The notes beneath the pieces were generated by a model that worked only from the letters and a program-made list of their open reading frames with translations, ran no database searches and was not told the origin of the DNA. DNA of 64,000 nt from IMG/VR virus record IMGVR_UViG_3300045988_185035. One strand, written 5' to 3'. This DNA comes from a virus. Numbering within the stretch: position 1 is the first letter of the stretch; every line of letters starts with the position of its first letter. The translations under genes and the position numbers were made by a program. Shown piece by piece: positions 62,739-64,000 of this stretch.

Positions 62739-62957
62739 AAAGAAAACTTACACGCCGTGCAACAGGATTCGCCTATAGCTTACACGCGTGTGACTGTCCG
62801 TGTAAGTCACAGTCTTATTATTTCCTTTTGTTGCCATGCACAGCGCCACAAGGCCGCCTGCCACGAGGTATTTCATGCTTAGACCGATATTGTTCCTATA
62901 CAACAAGAAAAGCACGCCACAGAAGCCCGTAGGCCCCTATGACGTGCGTATCGTTAT

Positions 62958-63800
62958 TTAGAGATAGTTAGACAGCTTAATGACGGATACTCCGTATGGA
63001 GATGTATCAATGTCGAGGTATGTGCAACCGGAGTTGGGTCTGTCCATGCGAGTGATTTCTTTATGAGGGATATGTCCAAAAATATAGAGCGTATCCCGAT
63101 GACCGGTCAACATTTCGTCTTTATCATAATCAAAGACTCGACCGAACGGGTTGTTGTGAGTTACCACGATTTGTTTGAATCGAGAACCGGGCGGAGGCGT
63201 GATGTTGAGTTCCTGTGCTTGATTCTCAAAGGTAGTTTCAAAGCTTTCCCTCGTTTTTTTCGTACCTGACAGATACTCATAGATGGTATGTTCTGCTTCG
63301 TACGGTGTGCCACACATATTGTCGAGCAGATAGGCGACCATCTGCCAAAGCCCATCGTTCTCCCACGCGAGTGTGTAGGTAATAAAAAGCTTCTGCCACC
63401 CGGCGAATGTATGAGGTCTTGCGGCGAGAATCTTCTTTCTTTCCTCCATGCTGCATCTGAGCGTTTCGAGTTCTTCTTTTGTTCTGAAGATGTGCTCTCC
63501 TTGCTTGTAGTGTAGGAAGACCCAGGCTGCGAGCTTTCTGACGGTCGGAGACTGTGCGAGTGCTTTATAGTATCGAAGCATCTGCCTATGTTCGTATTCG
63601 TGGTTGCCAAGAACGAGATGGACTGTATCTGGATGCTCCGTAATGAAGTTGACGACCTTTGCGTTTTCCTTGCCACGGTCTACTACATCACCAACGAAGA
63701 CGAGCTTGTCGGTTTCTTCATTCCATCCGGCGGCCATGAGGGATTCGATGAGACCTTTGTAGTTCCCATGCACATCTCCTGCCACATAGATGTCGCTCAT
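62958..63800 (-). CDS. Ser/Thr protein phosphatase (calcineurin-like metallophosphoesterase, lambda-PPase type)
   Basis: GDVHGN ... GDVVDRG ... GNHE motifs in canonical order. Confidence 0.85.
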   Translation of the reverse strand: MSDIYVAGDVHGNYKGLIESLMAAGWNEETDKLVFVGDVVDRGKENAKVVNFITEHPDTVHLVLGNHEYEHRQMLRYYKALAQSPTVRKLAAWVFLHYKQGEHIFRTKEELETLRCSMEERKKILAARPHTFAGWQKLFITYTLAWENDGLWQMVAYLLDNMCGTPYEAEHTIYEYLSGTKKTRESFETTFENQAQELNITPPPGSRFKQIVVTHNNPFGRVFDYDKDEMLTGHRDTLYIFGHIPHKEITRMDRPNSGCTYLDIDTSPYGVSVIKLSNYL

Positions 63801-64000
63801 TGGTTATCACCTTCTTTCCCAAAGTCGTCCGTGTTTATTTCCGCAATCTGGTTGTACAGCACTCTGAGCTTGTACATCGGTTTATCGATGTCTTGGTGCA
63901 TGTGGCCGCAACACCATTGTTTAAACTTCACCCGGCGGTAAATTTCATCAAGGTATACGCCAGTCGGGTCGTGAATCGGGCTGATGTCTCTGAAATAGAT
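63797..64000 (-). CDS. metallophosphoesterase, C-terminal fragment (gene continues beyond window end)
   Basis: Open frame to the window edge; ...WCCGHMHQDIDKP (GHxH motif); ATGA stop/start overlap with the downstream phosphatase gene. Confidence 0.45.
   Translation of the reverse strand: MYFRDISPIHDPTGVYLDEIYRRVKFKQWCCGHMHQDIDKPMYKLRVLYNQIAEINTDDFGKEGDNQ

Overview
This window reads as part of a large phage or prophage from a Gram-positive, Firmicutes-type host. About 80 CDS sit almost entirely on the minus strand, tightly packed with overlapping stops and starts and strong GGAGG-type ribosome-binding sites. Overall GC is roughly 48%, with one AT-rich insertion at about 33.5-35.3 kb.

Content:
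1. Two minus-strand tRNA arrays (976-3150 and 7322-11372) carry 22 tRNAs I could parse, several of them atypical.
2. A block of nucleotide and ADP-ribose metabolism genes looks like counter-defence: an HD-domain (p)ppGpp hydrolase, a HAD phosphatase, a Pol-beta nucleotidyltransferase, MazG, a macro domain, NADAR, a YpsA/SLOG protein and two metallophosphoesterases.
3. DNA-metabolism genes: an SF1 (UvrD-like) helicase, a ParB-like nuclease, two HNH endonucleases, a Y-family polymerase, and an AAA+ ATPase next to a triple zinc-ribbon protein.
4. Membrane and surface proteins: a 921-aa lipoprotein with about 18 Cys-rich repeats, an MBL-fold lipoprotein, a sortase-like lipoprotein and a flotillin/SPFH protein.
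5. A few plus-strand regulators: a BlaI-like plus XRE pair with a consensus sigma70 promoter, an XRE repressor-like gene, and a small GNAT-like gene.
6. An AT-rich three-gene cassette led by a DUF4238-like gene is a candidate phage-borne defence system.

Non-coding structure is rich:
1. A promoter-like motif with a conserved GTGCGAATTGC spacer precedes at least 14 genes.
2. Several leaders have a hairpin plus U-tract between that promoter and the start codon.
3. A family of at least nine CGTGGAGGCTGTCTT cores sits in covarying hairpins, including two tandem ~100-nt three-hairpin units.
4. There are CACATGTG-core palindromes, and about 2 kb of ORF- and tRNA-free sequence lies inside the second tRNA array.

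I had no search tools, so domain calls rest on motifs I recognise in the translations. Gene starts I adjusted myself may be off by a codon or two. Isotypes for the atypical tRNAs are uncertain.
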